Shown here one piece after another: positions 29,641-42,625 of a DNA stretch of 64,000 bases; the first letter of the stretch is position 1; each line of letters begins with the position of its first letter. Under the pieces are notes generated by a model. It had not been told where the DNA came from, made no database searches, and saw nothing but the letters and a program-made list of their open reading frames with translations. Position numbers and translations under genes: made by a program. Source of the DNA: Candidatus Bathyarchaeota archaeon (GTDB taxonomy: Archaea; Thermoproteota; Bathyarchaeia; Bathyarchaeales; Bathycorpusculaceae); contig CAVZJV010000005.1 of the NCBI GenBank assembly GCA_963775685.1, positions 95,465 to 159,464 on the forward strand, given 5' to 3'.

Positions 29641-29676
29641 AAAACTGTTTCATAAACTGTTTCAGTTTTGTTTCAG
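29641..29676. promoter_or_regulatory. Three direct TGTTTCA repeats upstream of a secreted peptide gene
   Basis: TGTTTCA x3 at 11-12 bp spacing. Confidence 0.5.
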
Positions 29677-29725
29677 CCAACTGCCATAAGCCTCCATGCA
29701 CATATGGTAATATGGTGATAAACAC

Positions 29726-30031
29726 ATGCAAAAAACAAAAATCACAATCTCCCTGGTCGCTGTGGCGGCGTTGACCTTGGTGCTCGTTGGGTTGGCTTCA
29801 GCCCAAATCGCAGCTAACCAAACCTACACTGAAACAAGTGCAGACCCGAGTACTCCAACACCTAACAATGGCTTTTGGGGATGGATTGGCAACTGTTTTG
29901 GCTACGGAGCAAACCAAGCCTACGGTAACGGTTATGCAGCGCCTCAAGCGCCAACAGACGGCTCAACTCCTGCACCCAATCAAGGCAGCTATGGCTACGG
30001 ATACGGCTATGGACCCTGCTGGGCAAGATAA
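29726..30031 (+). CDS. Small secreted Gly/Tyr-rich protein
   Basis: Signal peptide; GFWGWIGNCFG and GYGYGYGPCW motifs. Confidence 0.8.
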   Translation: MQKTKITISLVAVAALTLVLVGLASAQIAANQTYTETSADPSTPTPNNGFWGWIGNCFGYGANQAYGNGYAAPQAPTDGSTPAPNQGSYGYGYGYGPCWAR

Positions 30032-30244
30032 ATAAAACTAAAACTCTTGCTCTGTGTTTTCCCCTTTTTTAGTTTTAATTTGGTTGTAATAGAATAATCA
30101 TCTTACTAAAGACGCTTTCAGCGACTGTGCAATCACCTGCAAAAACAAGAAAGACTTTGAAAATCCCAGCTGCAGAATCTGGGCAGTTAACTTAAACAGC
30201 TAATTCGACAGGAGGATTCAGTGTAAAATGCTCTTCTGGAAAAA

Positions 30245-30320
30245 CGGGTCCGGAGGGATTTGAACCCTCGATCTCCGGCTCCGAAGGCCGACACCTTAAT
30301 CCGTGCTAGGCTACGAACCC
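30245..30320 (-). tRNA. tRNA-Arg(TCG)
   Basis: Reverse complement GGGTTCGTAGCCTAG...TCGGC-CTTCGGA-GCCGG...GGTTCAAATCC...CGGACCCG; no encoded CCA. Confidence 0.95.
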
Positions 30321-30419
30321 AACTTAAACCTAACAACTCATTAATGGGGTTGCATTAAAAGATTTACGGCAATTCTTATAAACCCACATAATATTAGATT
30401 TGTGTCATCTCAAAAATGG

Positions 30420-30497
30420 GGGCCGGTAGCTCAGCTTGGCTGGAGCGTTCGACTGATAATCGAAAGGTCGGCAGTTCAAATCCGCCTCGGCCCACCA
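30420..30497 (+). tRNA. tRNA-Ile(GAT)
   Basis: Anticodon arm TTCGA-CTGATAA-TCGAA, TTCAAAT T-loop, CCA; one A-C mismatch in the T stem. Confidence 0.95.
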
Positions 30498-30675
30498 TTT
30501 CCCAATCTTCTGAAACACCAAAGAGTTGTATGTGACTGCGATCAGCCTACCACAAACGTTTATGTTGAAACCACTCTAATAAATAGAGTAAATACTTTCT
30601 CACAAGTCATCCGATGGAAGATTTAGATTATGAAGAAAATTCAAGATTCTAAGTTGAAAAGTCATAAAGAAAAAG

Positions 30676-30873
30676 ATGCAATATAATAAAGTATCTTGTT
30701 CAAGAATGCCCATCATCAAATGTGATTGTGGAGCAAGAATCTTGGTGGTTCCTGACTTAGCTGCGATGGATAGAGCAATAAAAGCCCATCTTTCTGAGCA
30801 TAAAGGCGCTGACGAACATTTCTTAGTTAAGCAAATTCTTAGTATTGCAAGCAAACAAACGATATTAATTTAA
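30676..30873 (+). CDS. Small C2H2-like Zn-binding protein
   Basis: IKCDCGARILVVPDL..M..AI..H...H; start probably ATG near 30706. Confidence 0.7.
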   Translation: MQYNKVSCSRMPIIKCDCGARILVVPDLAAMDRAIKAHLSEHKGADEHFLVKQILSIASKQTILI

Positions 30874-30918
30874 GAACTAGATCCATACAATAATCTTTCA
30901 TATCGTTAATTAAATTGA

Positions 30919-31290
30919 GTGAATAATATTTGTTGGGTGCTTGACTTGACTGAGAAAAAACCTAAACCTCAAGAAAACCATGATGCTTGTGTTAGAGCTG
31001 TTGCCGAAGAATTGAAGCGAGATAATTGGACAGTTAAGGCGGATTTAGAGGGCTATCAGAAACCTTCTGTTTTGGTTAAAGGTTACATGCCTGATGTTCA
31101 GGCTGAAAAGAAAGGGTGCATCACCCGAATTTGCGAAATAGCAACCCCCGAAATGTTTGAAGGCAACACACAAAAATACATTGAATTCAAGAACTACTGT
31201 AACGAATACGATTTCCAAATGTACGTTGTGGATAAAGATGGAAAACGCAAGCGGATTGATCCTCAGACTTTTGGAAAAAATAGCCCTTAA
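30919..31290 (+). CDS. Hypothetical protein, PD-(D/E)XK-like fold
   Basis: HD..V...A......W.V.AD...PDV.A......EI.T. Confidence 0.7.
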   Translation: MNNICWVLDLTEKKPKPQENHDACVRAVAEELKRDNWTVKADLEGYQKPSVLVKGYMPDVQAEKKGCITRICEIATPEMFEGNTQKYIEFKNYCNEYDFQMYVVDKDGKRKRIDPQTFGKNSP

Positions 31291-31425
31291 ATATAAGCAC
31301 CATTCATCAATAAATATTGACTAAAAATATTTTTTTGTAAGATCTTTAAGAAAAATGGTATTTTTATCTTACGTGAGAACAGTCTTAAATCGAAAGGCTT
31401 AATAGTTAAAAATGTTCAATCTACC

Positions 31426-31725
31426 ATGAAAGGAAGCGAACAGTTGGCGCTGTCTAGAATGGAAATGTACCTCGCCATAATCAGGGTCTTAGACCGCGGG
31501 GACTCTATTACGCAGCAACAAGTTACACGTAAAGCAGGTCTTGGATTTGCCTTATCAAAAGAATTCTTCAACTTTCTAGTTAATTTGAACATAATAGTAG
31601 AAAAGACTGCGGGGTCAAAAATAGTCTACACCCTCACTGACAAGGGACAAAGATTATGCACCTATTTTGGTTTAGACGACGACAACCCAATTTTTCGCGG
31701 AACTGGAATATTTCGAATTGACTAA
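31426..31725 (+). CDS. Winged-helix regulator (HTH_45-like)
   Basis: SRMEMYLAII...YTLTDKG. Confidence 0.8.
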   Translation: MKGSEQLALSRMEMYLAIIRVLDRGDSITQQQVTRKAGLGFALSKEFFNFLVNLNIIVEKTAGSKIVYTLTDKGQRLCTYFGLDDDNPIFRGTGIFRID

Positions 31726-31747
31726 AAAGAGAACTTTACGAATAAAT

Positions 31748-32077
31748 TTAGAGGAGGTTTTCCTCAATAGAAACTGGCAAGAATTTGCTTTCTTCTTTTA
31801 CGGGAAGTTTTTTGTCTTCGCCAAAGAACCGGATAACCGCTGATCCTCGATTGGTGTTTCCGTAAGCAATATTTTTTTTCTCCAGTGATATCTCTTCAAT
31901 TAATCCTTGTTTTATCAGAAAGCCAATGTTTTCTAAGAGAATGTTGCAAGTTAAGTTTGTTTCATGCATGATATTTGGAAGCTGCAAAGGTCCTTTTTGT
32001 GCTAAAACCTTCATTATTTCAACCTGCATTTCTAGTTTAGAGCGTCTCATATTGAACCCTTCATAGAGGGTAGACAC
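31748..32077 (-). CDS. Winged-helix regulator (HTH_45-like)
   Basis: MRRSKLEM..EIMKVL...FLIKQGLI...TNRG; start probably ATG at 32050. Confidence 0.8.
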   Translation of the reverse strand: MSTLYEGFNMRRSKLEMQVEIMKVLAQKGPLQLPNIMHETNLTCNILLENIGFLIKQGLIEEISLEKKNIAYGNTNRGSAVIRFFGEDKKLPVKEESKFLPVSIEENLL

Positions 32078-32197
32078 AATTCCGTATTAACAATTTGTGT
32101 GTAGAAAATATATACTCAATTCAAAGCCACATTCAACTAAACAGCTTCTGGACAAATCCCCATTTTCCCTAAACTCAATCTTTGAGATCTTATTCGT

Positions 32198-33163
32198 CTA
32201 CTTTTTCTTATTGGGTGTCTCATCGGTTTCAAATTCATCCTTTGTCGCTTCCTCTATTATCTCAGCAACTTTCTGGAGAGGATGAATGATTCTGTCGACA
32301 GACGCAGGCAAATGGTGAATTGCATGGTGCTTAACGGTGATGGCATAAACTTTAGAGACTTCTGATCCGAAGAGAACAATCAGGTTTAAAACAAAGATCC
32401 AAATCAAAATAATCAGCAACACACCTGCCGCCCCGACGATTGTTGTGACGATGAATATTTGAATATACGTTCCAAAAATATAGTTTGCTACAGTGAATGC
32501 AGTACCAGTCACTATGGATGCTACTTTAACGTCTTGCCAGTGAACTTTCGATTCAGGGATCATTTTATAAATTATAGCTAAAAGCAATGTTGCAACACCA
32601 AAGGATAATATGATTTGAGCTAAGGCAATTGCAATCGCGGTTAGAGTTCCATTTATCAAGTTCAACCTTATCAAACTAAACAAGCTGCTTGCAAATGCTG
32701 TCCATACAATGACGATTAATCCGAGCGAAGAAACAAGTATAAACGGACCAATTCTTTGCCGTGTCCTCTTTGACTTTTAAGGGTCTTCCTTTAGGCAGCC
32801 TAACCTCCCAAATACAATCCATAGCGTCACGCAAAACAGAGAAAGCGCCAATTGCACCACCAACCGAAAAACCAACCACAACAATTGCAGTCAAAACTGA
32901 TGTAAACGGAGAACCTGCGTTTGAAAGAAGTTGCCTGAATAAATCTGCGACTGCAGGTCCTGTAACAGCTGATATTTGCGGGACAAGTATTTGGATTGCT
33001 TGGGCTTGGCCGAAAAACTGAGCGAAAAACTCATTACAATAGCAACATGCTAGGTAGAGGAAGGATAATAAAAAAAGTTAGAGCTTGCTCGAAAGGTAGC
33101 ATTATCTTCCAGCCAATTCTGGAAAGAGGTTTTGAAAATTCCATAAAGTTCCTTTCAATTCAT
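32198..33163 (-). pseudogene. YihY/BrkB family membrane protein, frameshifted
   Basis: WLEDNA N-terminus, LRDAMDCIWEV, IYKMIP..KVHW, IVLFGSEV in separate frames. Confidence 0.8.
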
Positions 33164-33326
33164 GACTTGAACTCATTTTTGGTAGGATACTTGTGGTTAA
33201 AGTTCTCAATCTTTAAGTCAGGTATATGGTTTTGTGGGGAGTAAGCAAGCAATCACAAACCAGGTAAGAAGCTGGAAGCGATAATTTTTTAAACTAAGCG
33301 TTGAGACTTATAGTTGAGGCTTTTGT

Positions 33327-33707
33327 TTGAGTAAAGAAGATGAAATGTTAGCAGAGTTAAGGAAAATTAGAGAAGCCGTTGAGAAAGCACCGCCACCGGC
33401 ACCACCCAAAGGTTTTGTAAACGAGTTCAAAGACTTCCTATCAAAATATAAAATTCTCGGCTTGGCTGTCGCATTCATCCTAGCTTTGTACGCTGGAATC
33501 TTGGTTCAGGCACTTGTAAAAGACTTCATTATTCCCCTCTTAGGCTTAGCAATACCCGGGATGTCAAACCTATCTACCTATGCGGTTGACATTTTAAGCC
33601 AGTCATTTGGCGTCGGCGAGTTCTTAGTAGCTCTAATAACCTTCATAGTAGTGGCACTTATAGTGTTCATTATTGTGAAAGCAGCCAAAAGACTCAAAAT
33701 AGAATAA
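33327..33707 (+). CDS. mscL: Large-conductance mechanosensitive channel
   Basis: EFKDFL...GLAVAFIL...LVKDFIIP...GEFL.ALITF. Confidence 0.9.
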   Translation: MSKEDEMLAELRKIREAVEKAPPPAPPKGFVNEFKDFLSKYKILGLAVAFILALYAGILVQALVKDFIIPLLGLAIPGMSNLSTYAVDILSQSFGVGEFLVALITFIVVALIVFIIVKAAKRLKIE

Positions 33708-34289
33708 ATCTCCAACTTTCCTTTTTTTTCTTATGAGAGTTTCTCGGTTCAAGACTGATATTGTGCTTATGGTGTAACCCTTGCACTTTGAATATTGATA
33801 AACTGAATAGGATATCCGAAAACGTACATCAAAAAGTAACCTCAATGTGAGACGAAACTACCGCACAGCCATGAATGCCAAACCTTTATACAATAAGCAT
33901 AAGGTTTCCCTACGGTGAGTACTATATTGTCGTCAGGAATTCCTTTTGCAACTAAAGGTTCGTTCAATTTGCGGAGGAGGCACCTGAGGGATATTTACGG
34001 TTGCACTGGTCTCAATGGTCGGTGTTGCCCCGTTTTTCACGGTGACCCCCAACCTACGATGGTGTGGGGACTGGATGCTTTCTGGTCCAAGTTGTATATA
34101 TGAATTAGCAGTGTAACTAACGGTTACGCCACTAACTGTTCACACAAAAAATATCTTCAATGAAAAGTGAAGATACAAGCAAGGTCAGTATGAATGACTA
34201 TAGCCCTTTTCAACTTGAACCTTCAAAAAAGCTAACCAACAAGCTAATACACTTTCCACAAAAGCCAACAATAAAAGCTAAAGAAAAAG

Positions 34290-34967
34290 TCAGAGTCGGA
34301 TTACAACTTTTTCGGTAAACGGTTGTATTATTTTTGCGAAGCCTTCGATTGTTTCTGGTGCATAGGGCTTGATCATCTGGTAATGTTTATCCAATGCATC
34401 AGTGGGTACGAATTGTTGGAGGGCATGAGTTTTTGAGCCTTTCACCATTTCAGCTATGCATGTGGCGTCTTGTGTTGTGACGAGTTCTGGAACTGCGGTT
34501 GTGCGGAATTCGTAGGGAACCTTGCCTGTTTTTAAGATTTCCATTGTGTGCATCAAACCCGCGGTTTCTTTGGCGCCAAGCAACTTGTACTTATCCATAC
34601 AGGTCTTAATGTCCATTGCAACAAAGTCCACGCTGCCCAAGCATTCTTCTAGAACCGTTGGGAAGAAACCGTTCGTGTCTAGCTTCACCAGAAAACCGCG
34701 CTCCTTGAGTTTTGTCAGAAATTTGGGAAGTTCCTTGTGCATACACGGCTCGCCCCCGGTAACTACAACTGCATCAACGTATTTTTTGCGGCTCTCCAAA
34801 ATCTCCAACGCCACGCCTTCCTGCAGAAACGGCGGTTGTGGGTCAACGGCAATTCGCCAGTTATGGCAAAACGGGCAGCGAAGGTTGCAGCCGGGCGTAA
34901 ACAGCACTGAGGCTACCTTATCTGGGTAATCTACGAGGCTTACTTTTTGTAATCCGCTAAACTTCAT
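34290..34967 (-). CDS. nrdG: Anaerobic ribonucleotide reductase activating enzyme (radical SAM)
   Basis: SLVDYP, GCNLRCPFCHN, TGGEP, KLDTNG; start at ATG 34967. Confidence 0.93.
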   Translation of the reverse strand: MKFSGLQKVSLVDYPDKVASVLFTPGCNLRCPFCHNWRIAVDPQPPFLQEGVALEILESRKKYVDAVVVTGGEPCMHKELPKFLTKLKERGFLVKLDTNGFFPTVLEECLGSVDFVAMDIKTCMDKYKLLGAKETAGLMHTMEILKTGKVPYEFRTTAVPELVTTQDATCIAEMVKGSKTHALQQFVPTDALDKHYQMIKPYAPETIEGFAKIIQPFTEKVVIRL

Positions 34968-34983
34968 TCGTCCATATTTCTCC

Positions 34984-37110
34984 TTAAACTGTAATGGGCG
35001 CCGAAGACACGACACTTGATCGGTCAAAGGTTTTGCGTATATTGAATTCGGCTTGTTTGCCATCGTTCCACTGGTCCACTGGTCGCAGATAGCCGACAAC
35101 TCGAGAGTAAACTTCGCTTGATGCTCCGCAGACTGGGCATTGCTTATGTTCGCCGCTTGTGTAGCCATGGGTTGGACAAACACTAAATGTTGGTGTTAAG
35201 GTGAAGTAGGGTAGCTTTGAGTTCCAGGAAACTTTCTTGATCAGTTCAGCAGCTGACTTCCAAGATTGCAGGCGTTCTCCGAGGAATATGTGGAACACGG
35301 TGCCTCCAGTGTAGAGTGACTGCAAGGTTTCTTGGTGTTCGAGTGCGTCAAATAAGTCACCTGAAAAGTCCACTGGCAATTGAGAAGAGTTGGTGTAGAA
35401 TGGTTCGGCGTGCTCAGAGTTTATTTGTTTTTGGTTGGCGAATAAAATGTCTCTGTATCGTTTTTTGTCTAGGCGTGCCAAGCGGTATGATGTGCCCTCG
35501 GCGGGGGTGGCTTCAAGGTTGTAGATGCAACCTGTTTCCTCTTGGTAGTCTGCAAGGCGATCACGCATGAAGGTGAGCATTTTCAGGGCAAAAGCTTGTC
35601 CATCACGCGAGGCAATGTTTTCTCCCAGTAGGTTTAGGATTGCTTCGTTAACACCCACTATACCGATGGTGGAGAAGTGGTTCTTCCAGTATTTGTCGTA
35701 GCCATCTTTAACATGCCGCAGATAACGCCTTGAATACGGGTATAAACCGTTATCCGTGAACGCTTCTAAGACTTTGCGCTTTATCTCAAGACTGGATTTA
35801 GCTGTTTCCATCAAATTTTCTATACGCTCAAAGAATTCGTCTTCATTTTTGGACAGATAGCCGATTCTTGGAAGGTTCAAAGTGACTACGCCGATGCTAC
35901 CGGTTAAGGGGTTGGCGCCAAAGAAACCGCCTCCACGTTTGCGCAGTTCCCGATTGTCAATTCGGAGTCTACAGCACATGCTACGAACATCTTCGGGCTT
36001 CATGTCACTGTTTACAAAGTTGCTGAAGTATGGGACACCGTATTTTGCTGTTACTTCAAAAATTGCCTGCGAAACTGGCGAGTCCCAGTCGAAGTCTTTG
36101 GTTATGTTATATGTTGGAATTGGGAATGTGAAGACTCTACCTTTTGAATCGCCTTGGCGCATGCCTTCGGCGAAGGCTAAGTTGAACATTTCCATTTCTT
36201 TAGTCATATCGCCGTAGGTATCTTGAGTAACTTTGCCGTTGTAGAGCACTGCTTCATTCTTCATAAAGTCTGGAACTGTTAAATCCAGGGTTAGGTTAGT
36301 GAAGGGTGTTTGGAAGCCCACGCGGGTTGGCACGTTCATGTTGAAGAAGAATTCCTGTAGCGCCTGCTCGACTTCTTTTTGGTTTAAGTGATCGTAGCGT
36401 ATGAAAGGTGCAAGGTATGTGTCAAAGTTGCTAAACGCCTGTGCCCCTGCTGCTTCACCCTGCAGCGTGTAGAAAAAGTTTACCACTTGCCCTAGTGCTG
36501 TGCGGAAGTGTTTTGCTGGTTTGCTCTCGATTTTGCCTGCAACTCCGCCAAAGCCTGATAGTAACAGGTCGCTTACATCCCAACCGACACAGTAAGGTCC
36601 AAGCACACCTAAATCGTGAATGTGCAGGTCGCCTGAGAAATGGGCTTCCGCGATCTTTTGTGGGTAGATGCGGGCAATCCAGTACTTGGCGATGACAGTG
36701 GATGAGAGGTAATTATTGAGACCTTGGAGAGAGTAACTCATGTTACTATTTTCTTTAACCCTCCAATCCTCAACCTCAAGGTATTGGTCAACCATGTCTG
36801 AAGAACTTAAAAGCGAAGCTAACTCACGCATGTCGGTGTGCTGTTTGCGGTAGAGGATGTAGGCTTTCGCTGTTGAAGCGTGGCCATTTTCGATTAACCG
36901 TTTTTCCACAAGGTCTTGGACTTCCTCAACCGTGGGCACGCCGTCGTCGCCGTATTGCTTGTTTAGCAAAGCCATGACTTCGTCGCTTATGCGTTTAGCT
37001 TGTTCTTTGTCTTTTCCGCCTACTGCTTTTGCGGCTTTCCAAATTGCTATTGTAATTCTTTCTTGATCGAAGGGTTCTAATTTACTATCACGTTTTAGGA
37101 CAAACTTCAT
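34984..37110 (-). CDS. nrdD: Class III ribonucleoside-triphosphate reductase with ATP cone
   Basis: VLKRD ATP cone, HIHDL, SMCCRL, EATPAE, YSRVVGYLRP glycyl-radical loop. Confidence 0.97.
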   Translation of the reverse strand: MKFVLKRDSKLEPFDQERITIAIWKAAKAVGGKDKEQAKRISDEVMALLNKQYGDDGVPTVEEVQDLVEKRLIENGHASTAKAYILYRKQHTDMRELASLLSSSDMVDQYLEVEDWRVKENSNMSYSLQGLNNYLSSTVIAKYWIARIYPQKIAEAHFSGDLHIHDLGVLGPYCVGWDVSDLLLSGFGGVAGKIESKPAKHFRTALGQVVNFFYTLQGEAAGAQAFSNFDTYLAPFIRYDHLNQKEVEQALQEFFFNMNVPTRVGFQTPFTNLTLDLTVPDFMKNEAVLYNGKVTQDTYGDMTKEMEMFNLAFAEGMRQGDSKGRVFTFPIPTYNITKDFDWDSPVSQAIFEVTAKYGVPYFSNFVNSDMKPEDVRSMCCRLRIDNRELRKRGGGFFGANPLTGSIGVVTLNLPRIGYLSKNEDEFFERIENLMETAKSSLEIKRKVLEAFTDNGLYPYSRRYLRHVKDGYDKYWKNHFSTIGIVGVNEAILNLLGENIASRDGQAFALKMLTFMRDRLADYQEETGCIYNLEATPAEGTSYRLARLDKKRYRDILFANQKQINSEHAEPFYTNSSQLPVDFSGDLFDALEHQETLQSLYTGGTVFHIFLGERLQSWKSAAELIKKVSWNSKLPYFTLTPTFSVCPTHGYTSGEHKQCPVCGASSEVYSRVVGYLRPVDQWNDGKQAEFNIRKTFDRSSVVSSAPITV

Positions 37111-37556
37111 TGTTTTTTCACTTCCAACAATAACCGCCTGAAATCTTCAGGTTCTTCAAACTGCTTGTAAACTGAAGCAAACCGAATGTAGGCGATGCGG
37201 TCAACGCCTTTTAGGTGTTTCATGATTGAATCACCGATTTCTCTGGATGCAATTTCCTCGGTGCCTTTAAGCATGAGGTCTTGGCGTACTTTCCCTGCTA
37301 ACTCGTTGATTTGGCTCATGGTAACTGGGCGCTTTTCGCATGATTTCTGTAGACCGCGGATGATTTTGTTTGCATCAAAGCGTTCTAGTTGCCCGTCCTT
37401 TTTTCGTACCATGAGTTCGATGGTTTCGAGGTATTCGTAGGTGGTGTAACGTTTGCCGCAGCTTATGCATTCTTTGCGGCGCCGTGTAGTATTCTCTATT
37501 GAGTCGCGTGTTTCCAAGGTTTTGGATTCTTCGGAGTTGCAGTAGGGACATCTCAT
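37107..37556 (-). CDS. nrdR: Transcriptional repressor NrdR
   Basis: MRCPYC...RRRKEC..CGKRYTTYE Zn ribbon + ATP cone + AYIRFASVY. Confidence 0.96.
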   Translation of the reverse strand: MRCPYCNSEESKTLETRDSIENTTRRRKECISCGKRYTTYEYLETIELMVRKKDGQLERFDANKIIRGLQKSCEKRPVTMSQINELAGKVRQDLMLKGTEEIASREIGDSIMKHLKGVDRIAYIRFASVYKQFEEPEDFRRLLLEVKKQ

Positions 37557-37578
37557 GCTTAACAATACTCATTGCTAC

Positions 37579-37626
37579 GGTATATGTATAGTGTTAGGGA
37601 GCTAATCTATACACTACAGTTAGCGC
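37579..37626. promoter_or_regulatory. Tandem NrdR-like boxes
   Basis: GGTATATGTATAGTGT (37579-37594) and ACACTACAGTTAGCGC (37611-37626); each matches ACACTATATATAGTGT at 11/16; 32 bp apart; adjacent to a minus-strand TATA. Confidence 0.7.
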
Positions 37627-37867
37627 ATATATAAGGTATTTTCACATTAAACATGCAATACAACAAAAAAATCCAAAACCAACTCCATATAAAATAAACA
37701 AAAAACCCAAAATAAAAAAATCGAAAACAAGCCCTTTTCAGCCAAAATACCCTAATTCAAGCAAAAACTTCTCTGGTTAAGCCTTGCGCAAACAATATAA
37801 TTAAAAATACCCATACTCAATAGTTACCTTCTATCTCACTACCAAATACAAGAAAAACGGTGAAACT

Positions 37868-38239
37868 TTGAACCCAAAAATCGTAAAAGGCAGTTCGCCA
37901 AACGAGTATTTAACCCCTGAACACTGCTACATAGCCGAAAACTACAGCGGCAAAGACGTTTCGGTAGCCCGCGCCACCGTGAAGCCAGGAGTTACAACCT
38001 TGGCGCACCATCTTGTTGGCGTTCAGGAAATTTACCTAATAACTAATGGCCAAGGGAGAGTAAACATCGGAGACTTAGAGCCAACAGATGTAACCCCAGG
38101 TGATGTTGTTATAATTCCTCCTGAAACATCCCAAAAAGCAACCAACACAGGCAAAACAGATCTGGTCTTTTATTGCATCTGCACTCCAAGGTTCACTCAA
38201 GCCTGCTATGTAAACGAGGAACCAGAAAAGCTGCCCTAG
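37868..38239 (+). CDS. Cupin domain protein
   Basis: PG..T..H.....EIY....G.G; GDVVIIPP. Confidence 0.88.
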   Translation: MNPKIVKGSSPNEYLTPEHCYIAENYSGKDVSVARATVKPGVTTLAHHLVGVQEIYLITNGQGRVNIGDLEPTDVTPGDVVIIPPETSQKATNTGKTDLVFYCICTPRFTQACYVNEEPEKLP

Positions 38240-38337
38240 TGATATATGTCGGTATCCGAAATAGTGACTTATAAGCTGTAATAGCGATATGTGCTTTGAG
38301 GAGAAAGGAGAAGCTCCTTACGTTCCTTTTATTCAAG

Positions 38338-41222
<2,885 letters not shown>

Positions 41223-41258
41223 TTTGTCTCACACTGAAAATTTTTTTGTTTGACGGAA

Positions 41259-41396
41259 TTATCCGCCGCCAGTTGCTTTATCGTGTCCGATGCAGCAGGT
41301 GCATTTTGCGGTTTCGCCACAGTAGGGGCAAACGCAGTTGCAGTCGTCGATAAAGTTTCCGCAGTTTAAGCAACGAGGCTGATTTTCTTCGCTCAA
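41259..41396 (-). CDS. 45-aa Cys-rich microprotein (not in ORF track)
   Basis: MSEENQPRCLNCGNFIDDCNCVCPYCGETAKCTCCIGHDKATGGG, 9 Cys; GAGG RBS + TTG. Confidence 0.75.
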   Translation of the reverse strand: MSEENQPRCLNCGNFIDDCNCVCPYCGETAKCTCCIGHDKATGGG

Positions 41397-41577
41397 TCCT
41401 CTTTCGCCTCTGCTAAATTATTCTGTGTAGCTCAAAGGATTTTAAGTTTTCCCAAAATTCTGAGCGAGATAAGTCTTTAATTGGCGTTATTTTAGGACAT
41501 TAATATATTCAAAACAGTCTTGTTAAAAGACTGAATGAAAATTAAAACCCCTAAAAAATAGGGAAAGAAGATTTGTT

Positions 41578-42560
41578 TTATCTTACGAAGTCGTCGAAGG
41601 TCCAGAAGTGGTTTTCTTCTTGGATGATAATGTCTTCGAACATGCGTCTTGTGGTTGTGTCGCCGCGTTTGAGTGCTTCAGCAATGATTTGGCGGTAGAG
41701 TGTGATAGTGCTGCTTTCAAGTGCGTGGTCTAAGACCAGGAAGTCTTGGGCTGTGTTGCCGACGACTGGAAGTGGATCGGGTTTGAATGTTGCTTCTCCT
41801 TCGAGGAGGTAGATGCGTTCGCTGATTTTTTCGAGGTGATCCATTTCCTGCATGAAGACTTCTTTGAGGATTTTGCTTACGACTGCGGCTTTGTTGGTTT
41901 CCGTGATTGCTTCTAGTGCAGTGTTTTTCATTCTGAGTTCAAGGAACGCCATTTTCTCATGCTGGTTAGTGTACTGGATAATTCCTGTGATTTCCGCGGA
42001 AACAGCTTTGTTTAGAAGTGTAAAGTAGTCGTCGGTGTAGATTTTGCGCCATTCAGGAAGAGGCACTTTGCTTGGTTCATTCTTTTTCGTCTTGGAACTT
42101 TGTGTATTCTTGGAATTTGAAGAGGTGTGCTTCTTCTTCGCCGTAGATTTTTTCGAAGACTTCCCGTGTTTCCCAATCACCCATTTTCGCCAGCGGTCTC
42201 GATGATTTGGCGGTAGAGCATTAAGGCTTCTTCCTCTGCTTTTACGCCAAGTTTAGCGAATTCGCTTAAGCTATCGCCAATGGTGACTTTAGCTGATTTG
42301 GTTGATGCTTGTCCACCAAGATAGTAGATGCGCTCAATTATCGAGGCGGCATGTTTCATTTCTTGGATGGAGATTTCTTTTAGGAATTTTCCAACCGCGT
42401 CATATGTTGTTTTATCTAAAAGGATGTTTTCAGGGATGGTTCTGCGGACTAACTTCTCCATTTTTGCATGCTGAAGAATATACTGGAGAGAAACTTGAAT
42501 TTCGCGTTCGACTGCCTTGTTTAAAAGGTCAATATAGTCTGGTGAAATTTTGACTGCCAT
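41578..42560 (-). pseudogene. Tandem two-domain ferritin/bacterioferritin-like protein, two apparent frameshifts
   Basis: Two repeats of LLNKAV..EI....QY..QH, EMxH...ERIY.L.G and EExH; the last helix of domain 1 (GDWETREVFEKIYGEEEAH) lies in a third frame. Confidence 0.82.
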
Positions 42561-42625
42561 ATAATCACAACTTGTGTTTAAAAGGAGAAGGCACTGGGAT
42601 ATAAAATTTTTTATAAAAAGCAAAT

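Noticed and set aside
33915-34140. GC-richer intergenic stretch as RNase P or SRP RNA
   Set aside because: Conserved RNase P and SRP motifs are absent; the minus strand reads like a decayed coding fragment.
34968-35183. Long N-terminal extension of NrdG in the ORF track
   Set aside because: It overlaps nrdD; homology begins at MKFSGLQK (34967).
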